A DNA stretch of 64,000 bases from an uncultured Smithella sp. (GTDB taxonomy: Bacteria > Desulfobacterota > Syntrophia > Syntrophales > Smithellaceae): assembly GCA_964608995.1 (NCBI GenBank), contig CAZSQS010000003.1, positions 3,602-67,601 on the forward strand, in the 5' to 3' direction. Of the stretch, positions 9,168-18,225 are shown piece by piece. The position numbers and the translations under genes were made by a program. The notes below the pieces were generated by a model, which was given only the letters and a program-made list of their open reading frames with translations, did no database searches and was not told the DNA's origin. Each line of letters opens with the position of its first letter. Position 1 is the first letter of the stretch.

Positions 9168-10373
9168 ATGGACGCCAACGTCAAACAGCAGTTCGAACAG
9201 ATATTTAAAAAACATTATGAGCGTCTGGCCAACACCGGACAATCGGTGGGGGGGCTGGATTTTACACTTGAAAGAATCGTGTGCTTCATCCTCTTTGGCG
9301 GGCGCGAGCTCGATATTGAGGATATTTACGGCGATGTCAGCGAGCGCTATTCAATGGAAACCTTCATGGCCGAGGCCCGCGACGCAGGCATTGAAACAGA
9401 CGATGGCGTGACGCAGGCCGTGCAGGAGCTGGTGGAAAAAAAGTTTTTACACCTTCAGCCCGATGGCAAGTTCTATTCGTATCAGGCCACGCGCGAAACC
9501 GCGCGTCTGCTCAACCGCATTTACCCCAAAATGCAGGGCTTGAGTCTTCTGGCCTACATCGGCCAGACCCTGCAGGAAGTTGAAAGCGGCCGCATTGATC
9601 CTCAATCCGCCGTGTCGCGCTTTGACCAGACCCTTCAACACCACGGCGTCGCGCTGCCCAAACCGAAAATTCCCGTCATCACGCCGTCCAAACCGGCTAC
9701 CGCCCCGCCAAAGAAGGAAGAACTCAAGCCGCAAAGCCCCAAAATCATCCGCGACTACGTGGTGTCCACACCTGGAAAGCCAAAGGCGGAAAAGCCTGCA
9801 GCGCCAGCTGAGCCCCGCGTCGCGCCACCGCTCCCACAGCCAGTCCCAATGCCCGAAGCCCCCGAGCCTGCGCTGCCGGTATTTCAAGACGAACCCGAAC
9901 CGATGACGATGGCGCAGCCGGAAGAGGTGATGATTTCACCTGCCGAACCGGAAATGCAAACGCCGGAACCGGCCCGAAGCGCACCTCCGGCGGCGCCTGA
10001 AGAACCGGATGAAATGGTTGATGATGAGGCCATTGCCGCAAAAATCGCCGCCTTTGAAAAGGAACTGGCGCTGGTGTGCCCGATTTGCAAAACAAATGTT
10101 CTCAAAGAAGAAAAAACCGCCGCCGGGAAGCTTTTCTATACCTGTTCGTCTCCGACGTGCAACTTCATCAGTTGGGGCCGGCCGCATCACGTTGCCTGCG
10201 CACGCTGCAAAAATCCGTTCATGGTGGAAGTGACCGACAGCGCAGGCCAGATGATCCTGAAATGCCCGCGCGCCACCTGTCAGCATCGCCAGACCCTGAC
10301 GGCGTCACCCGCGACCGCAGGCGGCGGCGTCAAGAAAGTCGTCCGTAAGAGACTGGTGAGACGAAAAGTGTGA
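9168..10373 (+). CDS. wHTH-like N-domain, Pro-rich linker and two topoisomerase-type C4 zinc ribbons
   Basis: C-terminus CPICKTN...YTCSSPTCNFISW and CARCKNPF...LKCPRATCQH resembles the zf-C4 of topoisomerase I. Central PKPxxP-rich low-complexity linker. Confidence 0.6.
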   Translation: MDANVKQQFEQIFKKHYERLANTGQSVGGLDFTLERIVCFILFGGRELDIEDIYGDVSERYSMETFMAEARDAGIETDDGVTQAVQELVEKKFLHLQPDGKFYSYQATRETARLLNRIYPKMQGLSLLAYIGQTLQEVESGRIDPQSAVSRFDQTLQHHGVALPKPKIPVITPSKPATAPPKKEELKPQSPKIIRDYVVSTPGKPKAEKPAAPAEPRVAPPLPQPVPMPEAPEPALPVFQDEPEPMTMAQPEEVMISPAEPEMQTPEPARSAPPAAPEEPDEMVDDEAIAAKIAAFEKELALVCPICKTNVLKEEKTAAGKLFYTCSSPTCNFISWGRPHHVACARCKNPFMVEVTDSAGQMILKCPRATCQHRQTLTASPATAGGGVKKVVRKRLVRRKV

Positions 10374-10416
10374 AAATAGTTTTAAGTGTGAAGTTTTAAG
10401 TTTTAAGGGGGCGTGC

Positions 10417-10445
10417 GTAGGGAACGGTTTTAAACCGTTCCCTGC
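10417..10445. repeat. REP1 palindromic element copy a (GTAGGGAACGGTTTTAAACCGTTCCCTGC)
   Basis: 11-bp perfect arms GGGAACGGTTT/AAACCGTTCCC. Lies between convergent genes. The first 27 nt are identical to the copies at 33544 and 60424. Confidence 0.85.
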
Positions 10446-10508
10446 AAGTGACCACGCCGAAGATCATTTGGCATTTGCGGCGCAATCGGCGATGGCCTGG
10501 CATTTTTG

Positions 10509-11834
10509 TTAAACTTCCAGTCGATCGATGGGGAGGTCGCCGCCGTTGAGGGAGGCGTTGGAATTTTTCAGGCGCAATGAAAATTCGCGAAGCATCAGCA
10601 GCGCCACGTCCTGACTTTCCCGAATCAGCGCGCTGAAGGTCGGACCGTCAATGACGGCCAGATGGCAATCCTCGGCCGCGACGGCGGTGGCGCTTCGCCG
10701 GATGTCGATAAGCGCCGCCATCTCGCCGAAATACTGCCCCGGTCCCATGTGCGCAAGTGTTTTTTGAACGTCCCCCTCCGCGCGTTCCAGGCGAACGCGG
10801 CCGGACAGGACATAGAACATCTCATGGCCTTCGTCTCCCTCGGAAAAAATGATGCTGTGCCGGGGGTAGGTGTGGCCGAATCTTTTTAAAAGACGCTCAT
10901 CCATTTTTAGTCCGGAGTTAAGATTCAAGAAAGCCCGCTCCAGAAGCAGGATGTCGCGCCGCTCATACGACGCCATCATTTCCGCACAAAACAAAAAGAT
11001 GATCGCCGCGTAGAAAACCCAGACCAGCACGATGACAATCGCCTCGAGCGATCCAAAGATAACGGAGTAGCGCGTATAGGAGGCAATATATTCCGTAAAA
11101 AGCTGCTTGGCGATTTCGAGGAGCACGGCAAAAACCGCCGCGCCAACAAGTGCCACGGGGATGCGGATTTTAACCAGCGGAACCATGCGGTAAATGACAA
11201 ACGCCAAAGCGACCACCAGAAGATACGGCACAAGATAGCGAAGGATAATTTCTGTGGTGCCGGTCAGCGCAATTTCCAGTCCGCCCGGAAGCGTCAGGGG
11301 GTGCTGTATGATCAGGACGGCCACATAACTGATTGCAACGCTCAAGCCCCCGATAAGCCACACGGCCGGAATCATGCACAGCGCCATGAGCTTGGAGAGA
11401 AAAAAATTGCGCGTGCGTGGCGTTCGAAAGATGTTGTTGAGCGCCGATTCCATGGCATTAAAAATGGCCGTGGCCAGCCAGATGAGACCCAAAACGCCGA
11501 TCCAGCCCAGGACTTGGCGCTTGTCTTCCATCTGCCCCAGTTGCGATAAAATCACGTCGGAAAAATAGGGCTGAAAGTTGCGAATCACCTCAATAATCTC
11601 GGCTTGAATATTGAGGTTGGAAGAAAAAAAAGCGCCGGCGGCAACCATCGTCAGGATCAAAAGCGGGATGGCCGAAAGGATGGCGTAAAGCGCGATGGCC
11701 GCGGCGGAGTTGCCGTCGCCGTTTTGGCTGAAATTTTTGACCGCATCGGAAAAAATGTCCCACAGGCCGGCGGCTTTCATTTTCAGTTTTTCTTTGCGAA
11801 TCTCGCTTTGGGCTGCTCTGTTTGGATTGCTCAC
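10509..11834 (-). CDS. YihY/BrkB-family membrane protein fused to a C-terminal cyclic-nucleotide-binding domain
   Basis: Six hydrophobic helices of YihY type. C-terminus IIFSEGDEGHEMFYVLSGRV...GQYFGEMAALIDIRRSATAVA is a cNMP-binding beta-barrel. GTG 11834 sits 5 nt after AGGAGG; the track start is 11873. Confidence 0.75.
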   Translation of the reverse strand: MSNPNRAAQSEIRKEKLKMKAAGLWDIFSDAVKNFSQNGDGNSAAAIALYAILSAIPLLILTMVAAGAFFSSNLNIQAEIIEVIRNFQPYFSDVILSQLGQMEDKRQVLGWIGVLGLIWLATAIFNAMESALNNIFRTPRTRNFFLSKLMALCMIPAVWLIGGLSVAISYVAVLIIQHPLTLPGGLEIALTGTTEIILRYLVPYLLVVALAFVIYRMVPLVKIRIPVALVGAAVFAVLLEIAKQLFTEYIASYTRYSVIFGSLEAIVIVLVWVFYAAIIFLFCAEMMASYERRDILLLERAFLNLNSGLKMDERLLKRFGHTYPRHSIIFSEGDEGHEMFYVLSGRVRLERAEGDVQKTLAHMGPGQYFGEMAALIDIRRSATAVAAEDCHLAVIDGPTFSALIRESQDVALLMLREFSLRLKNSNASLNGGDLPIDRLEV

Positions 11835-12014
11835 GTTTTCCTCCTTTAAGCAGGTTTTTATTTGTAGCGGCAATGGCCCGAGATTTCAATTGTAAAAAAA
11901 GGACTGGAAGTATTTGTTTTTTTTGTTCATACGAAAATCCTGGGGCCCGTTGCTTGAAATAACCCCTAATCGGTGCTATACCCTCGAAAAATCCATACGC
12001 AAGGTTTTTAGTCC

Positions 12015-12578
12015 ATGGCCTCCAGGCGAGTTTTAACCCTTTGGAATAACGACGGTATCGATCAAAACGATACGGCCATCCTCCGTAAAAAATCAAAAGA
12101 GATTCAAGTTCCCCCGTCCAAGGAAGAGCAGGCCGAAATTTCGGCGCTCATCGATTCGTTTACCTGCCGTGACGACGCTTCGGGGCTTGCCGCGCCGCAA
12201 ATCGGCATCAACAAGCGCATCATCATTTTCCGCAACAAAACGGTGGACGACGACGCAAAAAGAAAGAAGATGCGTCCTGAAGATTATGATGTGCTGGTCA
12301 ATCCGCGCATTACGCAGGCCCGCGGCGAGAAGGTGACGGCCACCGAAGGCTGCCTGTCGTGCCCGGATATTCAAATTGAAGTCAGCCGCTTTCCCGAAAT
12401 TAAAGTGCGCGCACTCAATGAAAAAGGCGAGAAAGTCAGCAAACGCTACCTCGATTACACCGCGCGCGTCGTTCAGCACGAAATTGATCATCTCGACGGC
12501 ACGCTGATTGTCGATTACGACGGGACGATGTATTACCCGAAAAACAAACAGGCCCTGATCGACAAGATTTTTAAATAA
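12015..12578 (+). CDS. def: peptide deformylase
   Basis: Motifs GLAAPQIG, EGCLSCP and HEIDHLDG. Confidence 0.9.
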   Translation: MASRRVLTLWNNDGIDQNDTAILRKKSKEIQVPPSKEEQAEISALIDSFTCRDDASGLAAPQIGINKRIIIFRNKTVDDDAKRKKMRPEDYDVLVNPRITQARGEKVTATEGCLSCPDIQIEVSRFPEIKVRALNEKGEKVSKRYLDYTARVVQHEIDHLDGTLIVDYDGTMYYPKNKQALIDKIFK

Positions 12579-12599
12579 AAAACAATCGGACAGCTCTTC

Positions 12600-13682
12600 A
12601 TGAAAACGCCCCTTTATGACAGGCATGTGGCGCTTGGCGCCAAAATGATCGATTTCGGCGGCTGGGACATGCCGGTGCAATACACAAGTCTGATGGATGA
12701 ACACAAGGCGACGCGCTCAGGCGTGACGCTTTTTGACATCTGCCACATGGGAGAAATCCTCGTTTCGGGCCCCGGAGCCTTTGACCTCCTTCAGCTTTCT
12801 CTGACGCGCAACCTGTCTTCCCAGACCATCGGGCAGGTCAGGCTCTCGGCGTTGTTAAACGACCAGGGCGGTATGATCGATGACCTGACGGTTTATAAAA
12901 TGGGCCCCGAGCGCTACATCCTCGTGACCAACGCCACGACACGTCAAAGCGATTTTTCGCGCCTGAGCGCCCTGCGTCAGGCCAACGCGCTCGACTGCCA
13001 ACTTCTCGACATCAGTGATCAAACCGGAAAGCTCGACTTGCAGGGGCCCGAGGCTCAGGCGCTTTTGCAGTCTTTGACCGGGGCGAATCTTTCGACGCTT
13101 CGCTACTATTATTTTATATCCGCCCAGGTGGCGGGCAGAAAGACGACGATTTCCCGCAGTGGCTACACGGGCGAGGACGGCTTTGAACTTTATGCAGCCG
13201 CCGATCAGATCGGGGAGCTGTGGGATGGGCTCATGGAGGCGGGCCGGCCTTTTGGCCTTCAACCCGCGGGACTGGGCGCAAGAGACACGCTTCGGCTCGA
13301 AGCGGGCATGCTTTTAAACGGCCAGGACATGAACGAATCGATCACGCCGCTTGAGGTTCCTTACGGGTGGCTTGTGGACTTCACCAAAGACTTTGCCGGT
13401 AAAGCCGCCCTGATGTCGCTTCGGGAGGCAGGCTTTGGGCGGAAGCTTGTCGGTTTTGAAATGACCTCGCGCGGCATCGCGCGCCACGGTTACAAAGCCT
13501 TTTCGGGAAACGACGAAATCGGCTTAGTCACGTCCGGCACGTTTTCTCCCACGCTGTCGAAATCCATCGGCCTGGCCTTGCTCGACGCCCGCTATACCGA
13601 ACCGGGCACAGCGTTTTCCGTGGCCATCCGGAACACAAAAAGCGATGCCAGAGTGGTTTTACTGCCTTTTTACAAAAGATAA
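12600..13682 (+). CDS. gcvT: glycine cleavage system aminomethyltransferase (T protein)
   Basis: MKTPLYDRHVALGAKMIDFGGWDMPVQY..., 360 aa, followed by gcvH and gcvP. Confidence 0.9.
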   Translation: MKTPLYDRHVALGAKMIDFGGWDMPVQYTSLMDEHKATRSGVTLFDICHMGEILVSGPGAFDLLQLSLTRNLSSQTIGQVRLSALLNDQGGMIDDLTVYKMGPERYILVTNATTRQSDFSRLSALRQANALDCQLLDISDQTGKLDLQGPEAQALLQSLTGANLSTLRYYYFISAQVAGRKTTISRSGYTGEDGFELYAAADQIGELWDGLMEAGRPFGLQPAGLGARDTLRLEAGMLLNGQDMNESITPLEVPYGWLVDFTKDFAGKAALMSLREAGFGRKLVGFEMTSRGIARHGYKAFSGNDEIGLVTSGTFSPTLSKSIGLALLDARYTEPGTAFSVAIRNTKSDARVVLLPFYKR

Positions 13683-13711
13683 AAATAACACCTTTAATAA
13701 GGAGTATCGTC

Positions 13712-14110
13712 ATGTCAAAGCCAAATCCAGCGGACAGAGTTTATACGCGAGAGCACGAATGGGTGAAAGACGCAGGCGACGGCACGGCCACGATCGGCAT
13801 CACCGATTATGCCCAGGAAATGCTCACCGACATCGTGTTTGTGGAATTGCCCGCGTCCGGCGCCCGATTCACTCAGGGCCAGCCGATGGCGGTGGTGGAA
13901 TCGGTCAAATCCGTCTCCGATGTGTATGCCCCTGTGGCAGGTGAGATTGTCGCCGTCAACGATGCGCTCGAAGGCGCGCCGGAACGGATCAATACGGATG
14001 TGTTTGGCGAAGGCTGGATGGTGAAGATGAAGCTCGACGATGCCCATGAGCTCGCCACGCTGATGTCCGCCTCCGCCTATGAAGATTTTTTAAAGCAGGA
14101 GAAATCCTGA
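13712..14110 (+). CDS. gcvH: glycine cleavage system H protein
   Basis: YTREHEWV...GITDYAQ...ESVKSVSDVYAPVAGEI (lipoyl-lysine motif). AAGGAG RBS. Confidence 0.9.
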   Translation: MSKPNPADRVYTREHEWVKDAGDGTATIGITDYAQEMLTDIVFVELPASGARFTQGQPMAVVESVKSVSDVYAPVAGEIVAVNDALEGAPERINTDVFGEGWMVKMKLDDAHELATLMSASAYEDFLKQEKS

Positions 14111-14113
14111 AAA

Positions 14114-15439
14114 ATGGACTACTGCCCCCACACACAAGGCGACATCGATCAGATGATGGCGGCCATCGGGATTTCAGACATCAATGAACTCTTTGCCGAT
14201 ATCCCGGAGAAATTCCGTCTTAAAAGCCTGCCCGACCTGCCTGAAGCGCTCTCAGAGCAGGAGACACAGGGGCTTTTGCGGGCCATCGGTTTGCAAAACC
14301 GGCTGCCGCGCGTTACGCTGACCGGCGCAGGCGCCTACTGGCACTATATTCCCGCCGTGGTGGGGCATATCGCCTCCCGCACGGAATTTTACACGACCTA
14401 CACGCCTTATCAGGCGGAAATGAGCCAGGGCCTTCTCCAGACGATTTATGAATATCAGACGATGATCGCGCATCTGACGGGTTTGGAAGTCGCCAACGCC
14501 TCTATGTATGATGGCGCCACCGCCATGGCGGAAGCGGCAGTGCTTTCAGCAAAAATTACCGGCCGAACGCGAATGGTCGTGGCCCGAAGCATTCATCCCG
14601 AATACCGCCGCGTTGTTCAGACGTATGCCTGGGCCAATGGCCTGAGCGTGACGGAGGTTCCCTGGCTTGCCACGGGCCGCATCGATCCGGCGGCGCTTGC
14701 GGAAGCCATCGATAGCGATACGGCCGCCGTCATCGTCTCGAGTCCAAATTTCTTAGGCTGTATTGAAGACGTGGAGGCGATAGCGGCAATGGCGCACCCC
14801 CTTGGCGTGCTTTTGATTGCCGGATTTTCCGACGCCACGTCGCTGTGTCTTTTGAAACCGGCAGGCGCCTGTGGCGCGGATTTTGTCGTGGGGGAAGGCC
14901 AGAGCTTTGGCAATCCGCTAAGCTACGGCGGGCCGTACCTGGGCATATTTGCCGCGCGGGAAAAATATCTGCGGCGCATTCCCGGAAGAATTGCGGGTGC
15001 CACAGTGGATAAAAACGGCCGGCGCGGATTTGTGCTGACGCTGCAAACCCGCGAGCAGCATATCCGGCGCGAAAAAGCCACCTCCAATATCTGTTCCAAC
15101 GAAGCGCTCTGCGCGCTGTCGGCTTGTGTGTATCTGGCTTCACTTGGAAAAAATCTGCAAAAACTTGCCGCGCTCAACGTCTATAAGGCGCAGTATCTCA
15201 AAGCGGGGCTATCAACGCTTCGGGGTTGGAGGCCCGCCTTTGACGCGCCCATCTACAATGAATTTGCCATGATCTGTCCCGACGCGAAAGCCGTCAACGC
15301 GAGGCTTTCCGAGGAAGGCATTCTTGGCGGCTATGCGCTTGCTAAGGACTATCCTGAATTGGACAAGGCCCTGCTTTTCTCAGTGACGGAAATGGTGACC
15401 CGAAAAGACATGGATGACGTAATTCGCATTTTGAAATAA
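14114..15439 (+). CDS. gcvPA: glycine dehydrogenase (decarboxylating) subunit 1
   Basis: 441 aa with YTPYQAEMSQGLLQ..YEYQT, typical of the split P-protein N-terminal subunit. Confidence 0.9.
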   Translation: MDYCPHTQGDIDQMMAAIGISDINELFADIPEKFRLKSLPDLPEALSEQETQGLLRAIGLQNRLPRVTLTGAGAYWHYIPAVVGHIASRTEFYTTYTPYQAEMSQGLLQTIYEYQTMIAHLTGLEVANASMYDGATAMAEAAVLSAKITGRTRMVVARSIHPEYRRVVQTYAWANGLSVTEVPWLATGRIDPAALAEAIDSDTAAVIVSSPNFLGCIEDVEAIAAMAHPLGVLLIAGFSDATSLCLLKPAGACGADFVVGEGQSFGNPLSYGGPYLGIFAAREKYLRRIPGRIAGATVDKNGRRGFVLTLQTREQHIRREKATSNICSNEALCALSACVYLASLGKNLQKLAALNVYKAQYLKAGLSTLRGWRPAFDAPIYNEFAMICPDAKAVNARLSEEGILGGYALAKDYPELDKALLFSVTEMVTRKDMDDVIRILK

Positions 15440-15454
15440 CCGGAGGGCAAGACG

Positions 15455-16894
15455 TTGAAACTGATTTTTGAAATGACAAGCTCTGGCCGTAAGGCGTGTT
15501 CACCCCCGGTTCCCGATGTGCCGGAAATCGATCTTGCGGCTGTCATCGGCGAAAAATATCTGCGCGAGGATCTGGATTTGCCGGAGGTCTCCGAGCTGGA
15601 CCTCGTGCGCCACTACACGAACCTGTCGCGGCGAAACTTCGGCGTCGATCTGGGGTTTTATCCGCTGGGCTCCTGCACGATGAAATACAATCCCAAGGTC
15701 AATGAAAACGTGGCCGCCTTGCCGAGCTTCACGGGCCTTCACCCCTATGCGCCCGAGTCCTTCGCCCAGGGAAATCTGAACCTTGTGTATGCTATGCAGC
15801 AGATGCTTTGCGCTCTGTTCGGCATGGCCGGGTTTTCGCTGCAACCGGCGGCAGGCGCGCATGGCGAGCTGACCGGCATCATGATGATGAAGAAGTATTT
15901 TGAAACCAAAGGTGAGACACGCAGCCGCATCCTGATTCCCGATGCGGCGCACGGCACCAACCCGGCCTCAGGCGCGCTGTGCGGCTTTGAAGCGGTTACG
16001 CTTCGATCGGGTGCGGACGGAGGCGTCGATATTGCGCACCTGAAATCGCTCATGAGCCGGGAGGTCGCAGGGCTCATGCTGACCAATCCCAATACGCTGG
16101 GGCTTTTTGAGCGTAACATCGAACAGGTGGCTGCCATTGTCCACGAATACGGCGGGCTGCTCTATGGCGACGGGGCCAACGCCAACGCCTTTTTAGGGAA
16201 AACCCGCCCGGGCGATCAGGGCTTCGACATCCTCCAGCTCAATTTGCATAAAACCTTTGCCACGCCCCACGGCGGCGGAGGTCCGGGCAGCGGCCCGGTG
16301 GGCGTCGGGGAAAAATTGCTGGACTATCTGCCCATTCCCCGCATTGTCCAAAGCGGCGAGGGATTGAAGTGGTCGGAGGATTTTCCGCACAGCATCGGCC
16401 GTGTGCGCGCCTTTTATGGAAACTTCAACGTCATCGTTAAAGCCTACACCTATCTTCGCAGCCTGGGGGCTTCAGGGCTTTTACGCGCAACCGAAATGGC
16501 CGTCCTCAACGCCAACTATCTCAAAGAAAAACTCAAACCCTTCTTTGATCTCCCCTATGACCGCATCTGCATGCACGAATGCGTGTTTTCCGGATCGCGC
16601 CAGGTGGCCCAATCGGGCGTGCACACGTCGGACATCGCCAAGCGTCTGATCGATTTTGGCTATCATCCGCCTACGATTTATTTTCCGCTGATCGTTCCGG
16701 AGGCCATCATGATCGAGCCCACCGAAACGGAGAGCAAAGAGACGCTCGATGCCTTCTGCGAGGCGATGATTGCAATTGCCCGCGAAACAACCGACAACCC
16801 GCAAAAGGTGAAAGACGCGCCGCAAACCACGCCGGTGGGCCGTCTCGACGAGGTGCTGGCCGCGCGCAAGCCGGATGTCTGCTGGAAACCATGA
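15455..16894 (+). CDS. gcvPB: glycine dehydrogenase (decarboxylating) subunit 2
   Basis: 479 aa with LGSCTMKYNP and NLHKTFATPHGGGGPG (PLP lysine region). TTG start after GGAGGG. Confidence 0.9.
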   Translation: MKLIFEMTSSGRKACSPPVPDVPEIDLAAVIGEKYLREDLDLPEVSELDLVRHYTNLSRRNFGVDLGFYPLGSCTMKYNPKVNENVAALPSFTGLHPYAPESFAQGNLNLVYAMQQMLCALFGMAGFSLQPAAGAHGELTGIMMMKKYFETKGETRSRILIPDAAHGTNPASGALCGFEAVTLRSGADGGVDIAHLKSLMSREVAGLMLTNPNTLGLFERNIEQVAAIVHEYGGLLYGDGANANAFLGKTRPGDQGFDILQLNLHKTFATPHGGGGPGSGPVGVGEKLLDYLPIPRIVQSGEGLKWSEDFPHSIGRVRAFYGNFNVIVKAYTYLRSLGASGLLRATEMAVLNANYLKEKLKPFFDLPYDRICMHECVFSGSRQVAQSGVHTSDIAKRLIDFGYHPPTIYFPLIVPEAIMIEPTETESKETLDAFCEAMIAIARETTDNPQKVKDAPQTTPVGRLDEVLAARKPDVCWKP

Positions 16895-17769
16895 ATCTCC
16901 CCGACCGAAAAGCTCTCCTTCGCAAGCCGCCCTGGCTGAAAGTTCGGCCACCGTATGCCGAAGGCCAGGCGAAGGTGCGCTCTCTGATGTCCTCGCTGGG
17001 CCTGCATACCGTTTGTCAGGAAGCCTGCTGCCCTAACATTGCCGAATGTTTTTCATGCGGCACAGCCACCTTTTTAATTCTGGGAAATATCTGCACGCGC
17101 AACTGCCGTTACTGCAACATTGCCTCAGGCGTGCCAGCGCCCCCCGATCCGGATGAGATTGCCAAGCTGCTGGATGCTGTGCGGCGACTGAATCTGCAAT
17201 ATGTCGTTCTCACCTCCGTCACGCGCGATGATCTGCCCGACGGCGGCGCGAAACACTTTGCCGATTGCATCGACGCTCTGCGCCATGACTGGCCGGATCG
17301 CAAAGTGGAGGTTCTGATTCCCGATTTTCAGGGGAAAGCTGATGCTCTGCAAAAAGTCATCGACGCGGGGCCGGACGTCATCAATCATAATATTGAAGTG
17401 GTGTCGCCTCTTTTTCCGAAGCTTCGCCCCGAGGGAAATTATGCCCGATCCCTTTCGCTTCTGGCCGCTGTCGCCCGAACGCCCATGATCGCCAAAAGTG
17501 GCTTCATGGTGGGCTTGGGTGAATCGGACGAGGATCTGTTGCGGCTTTTAGACGATCTGGCTGCCACTGGCTGTCAGCGTTTGACGATTGGACAGTATCA
17601 GCAGCCGACGCTTTCGCACTGGCCGGTGGCCCGCTACTTAAGCCCGGAAGACTTTGACAACCTCGGCCGCATCGCCCGCGAAAAAGGCATACCGGAGGTG
17701 GTTTGCGGCCCGCTGGTTCGAAGCTCGTATCGTGCGGCGAGCTCAGGCCAGGCCGCAAAACGCACCTGA
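16891..17769 (+). CDS. lipA: lipoyl synthase
   Basis: CQEACCPNIAEC plus radical-SAM CTRNCRYC. ATG 16891 overlaps the gcvPB stop (ATGA). The track ORF from 16579 is an out-of-context extension. Confidence 0.9.
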   Translation: MNLPDRKALLRKPPWLKVRPPYAEGQAKVRSLMSSLGLHTVCQEACCPNIAECFSCGTATFLILGNICTRNCRYCNIASGVPAPPDPDEIAKLLDAVRRLNLQYVVLTSVTRDDLPDGGAKHFADCIDALRHDWPDRKVEVLIPDFQGKADALQKVIDAGPDVINHNIEVVSPLFPKLRPEGNYARSLSLLAAVARTPMIAKSGFMVGLGESDEDLLRLLDDLAATGCQRLTIGQYQQPTLSHWPVARYLSPEDFDNLGRIAREKGIPEVVCGPLVRSSYRAASSGQAAKRT

Positions 17770-17795
17770 AACCAGAACCCTTCAACCCGGATTTT

Positions 17796-17823
17796 GTCAT
17801 TCCCGCGAAGGCGGGAATCCAGG
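17796..17823. repeat. REP2 palindromic element (GTCATTCCCGCGAAGGCGGGAATCCAGG)
   Basis: Hairpin ATTCCCGC-GAAG-GCGGGAAT. Related copies at 36602 and 45317 (inverted), and a degenerate one at 45271. Confidence 0.8.
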
Positions 17824-17931
17824 GTTACGATGAGAACGGATGACCCTGCGTATTAACCTCTCGTCCGCTTGCCATAAAGCGCTTTCGTGTGCTAGAGTCC
17901 TTCAAAATTTTAAATACGAGGAGGCACAACG

Positions 17932-18225
17932 ATGTTGACGGTTATCGCTAAACTGCCCGTGAAAGAAGGAAAAATGGAAGAAGCGGTTGCGGCTTTTTCA
18001 GAGCTGATTGAAAAAGTGGCCACCGAGGAAGGGACCGTGCTGTATTCCCTTAACAAAGACAAGGCCAATCCCAATATGCTGGTGGTCGTTGAGCAATATA
18101 AGGACAAAGCAGCGCTGGATTTTCACTCCGGCACGCCGCATTTCAAGGCTTTTTTTGCCAAAAGCGGCGCGCTTTTATCGGGACGTCCGGACATTGCCGT
18201 TCTGGAAGAAATCTCCAGCATCTGA
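17932..18225 (+). CDS. ABM-domain (antibiotic biosynthesis monooxygenase-like) protein
   Basis: 97 aa, ferredoxin-like ABM pattern (VIAKLPVKEGK...VVVEQYKDKAALDFHSGTPHFKAF). Confidence 0.65.
   Translation: MLTVIAKLPVKEGKMEEAVAAFSELIEKVATEEGTVLYSLNKDKANPNMLVVVEQYKDKAALDFHSGTPHFKAFFAKSGALLSGRPDIAVLEEISSI

Noticed and set aside
10381-10410. AGTTTTAAG-TTTTAAG micro-tandem just after the zinc-ribbon gene stop.
   Set aside because: There are only two short units in an A/T-rich spacer next to REP1. It has no independent support as a functional element.
16579-16890. Upstream extension of the lipA ORF (track start 16579), overlapping 316 nt of gcvPB.
   Set aside because: The extension is Arg-rich nonsense. 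A canonical LipA N-terminus begins at ATG 16891, which overlaps the gcvPB stop codon.
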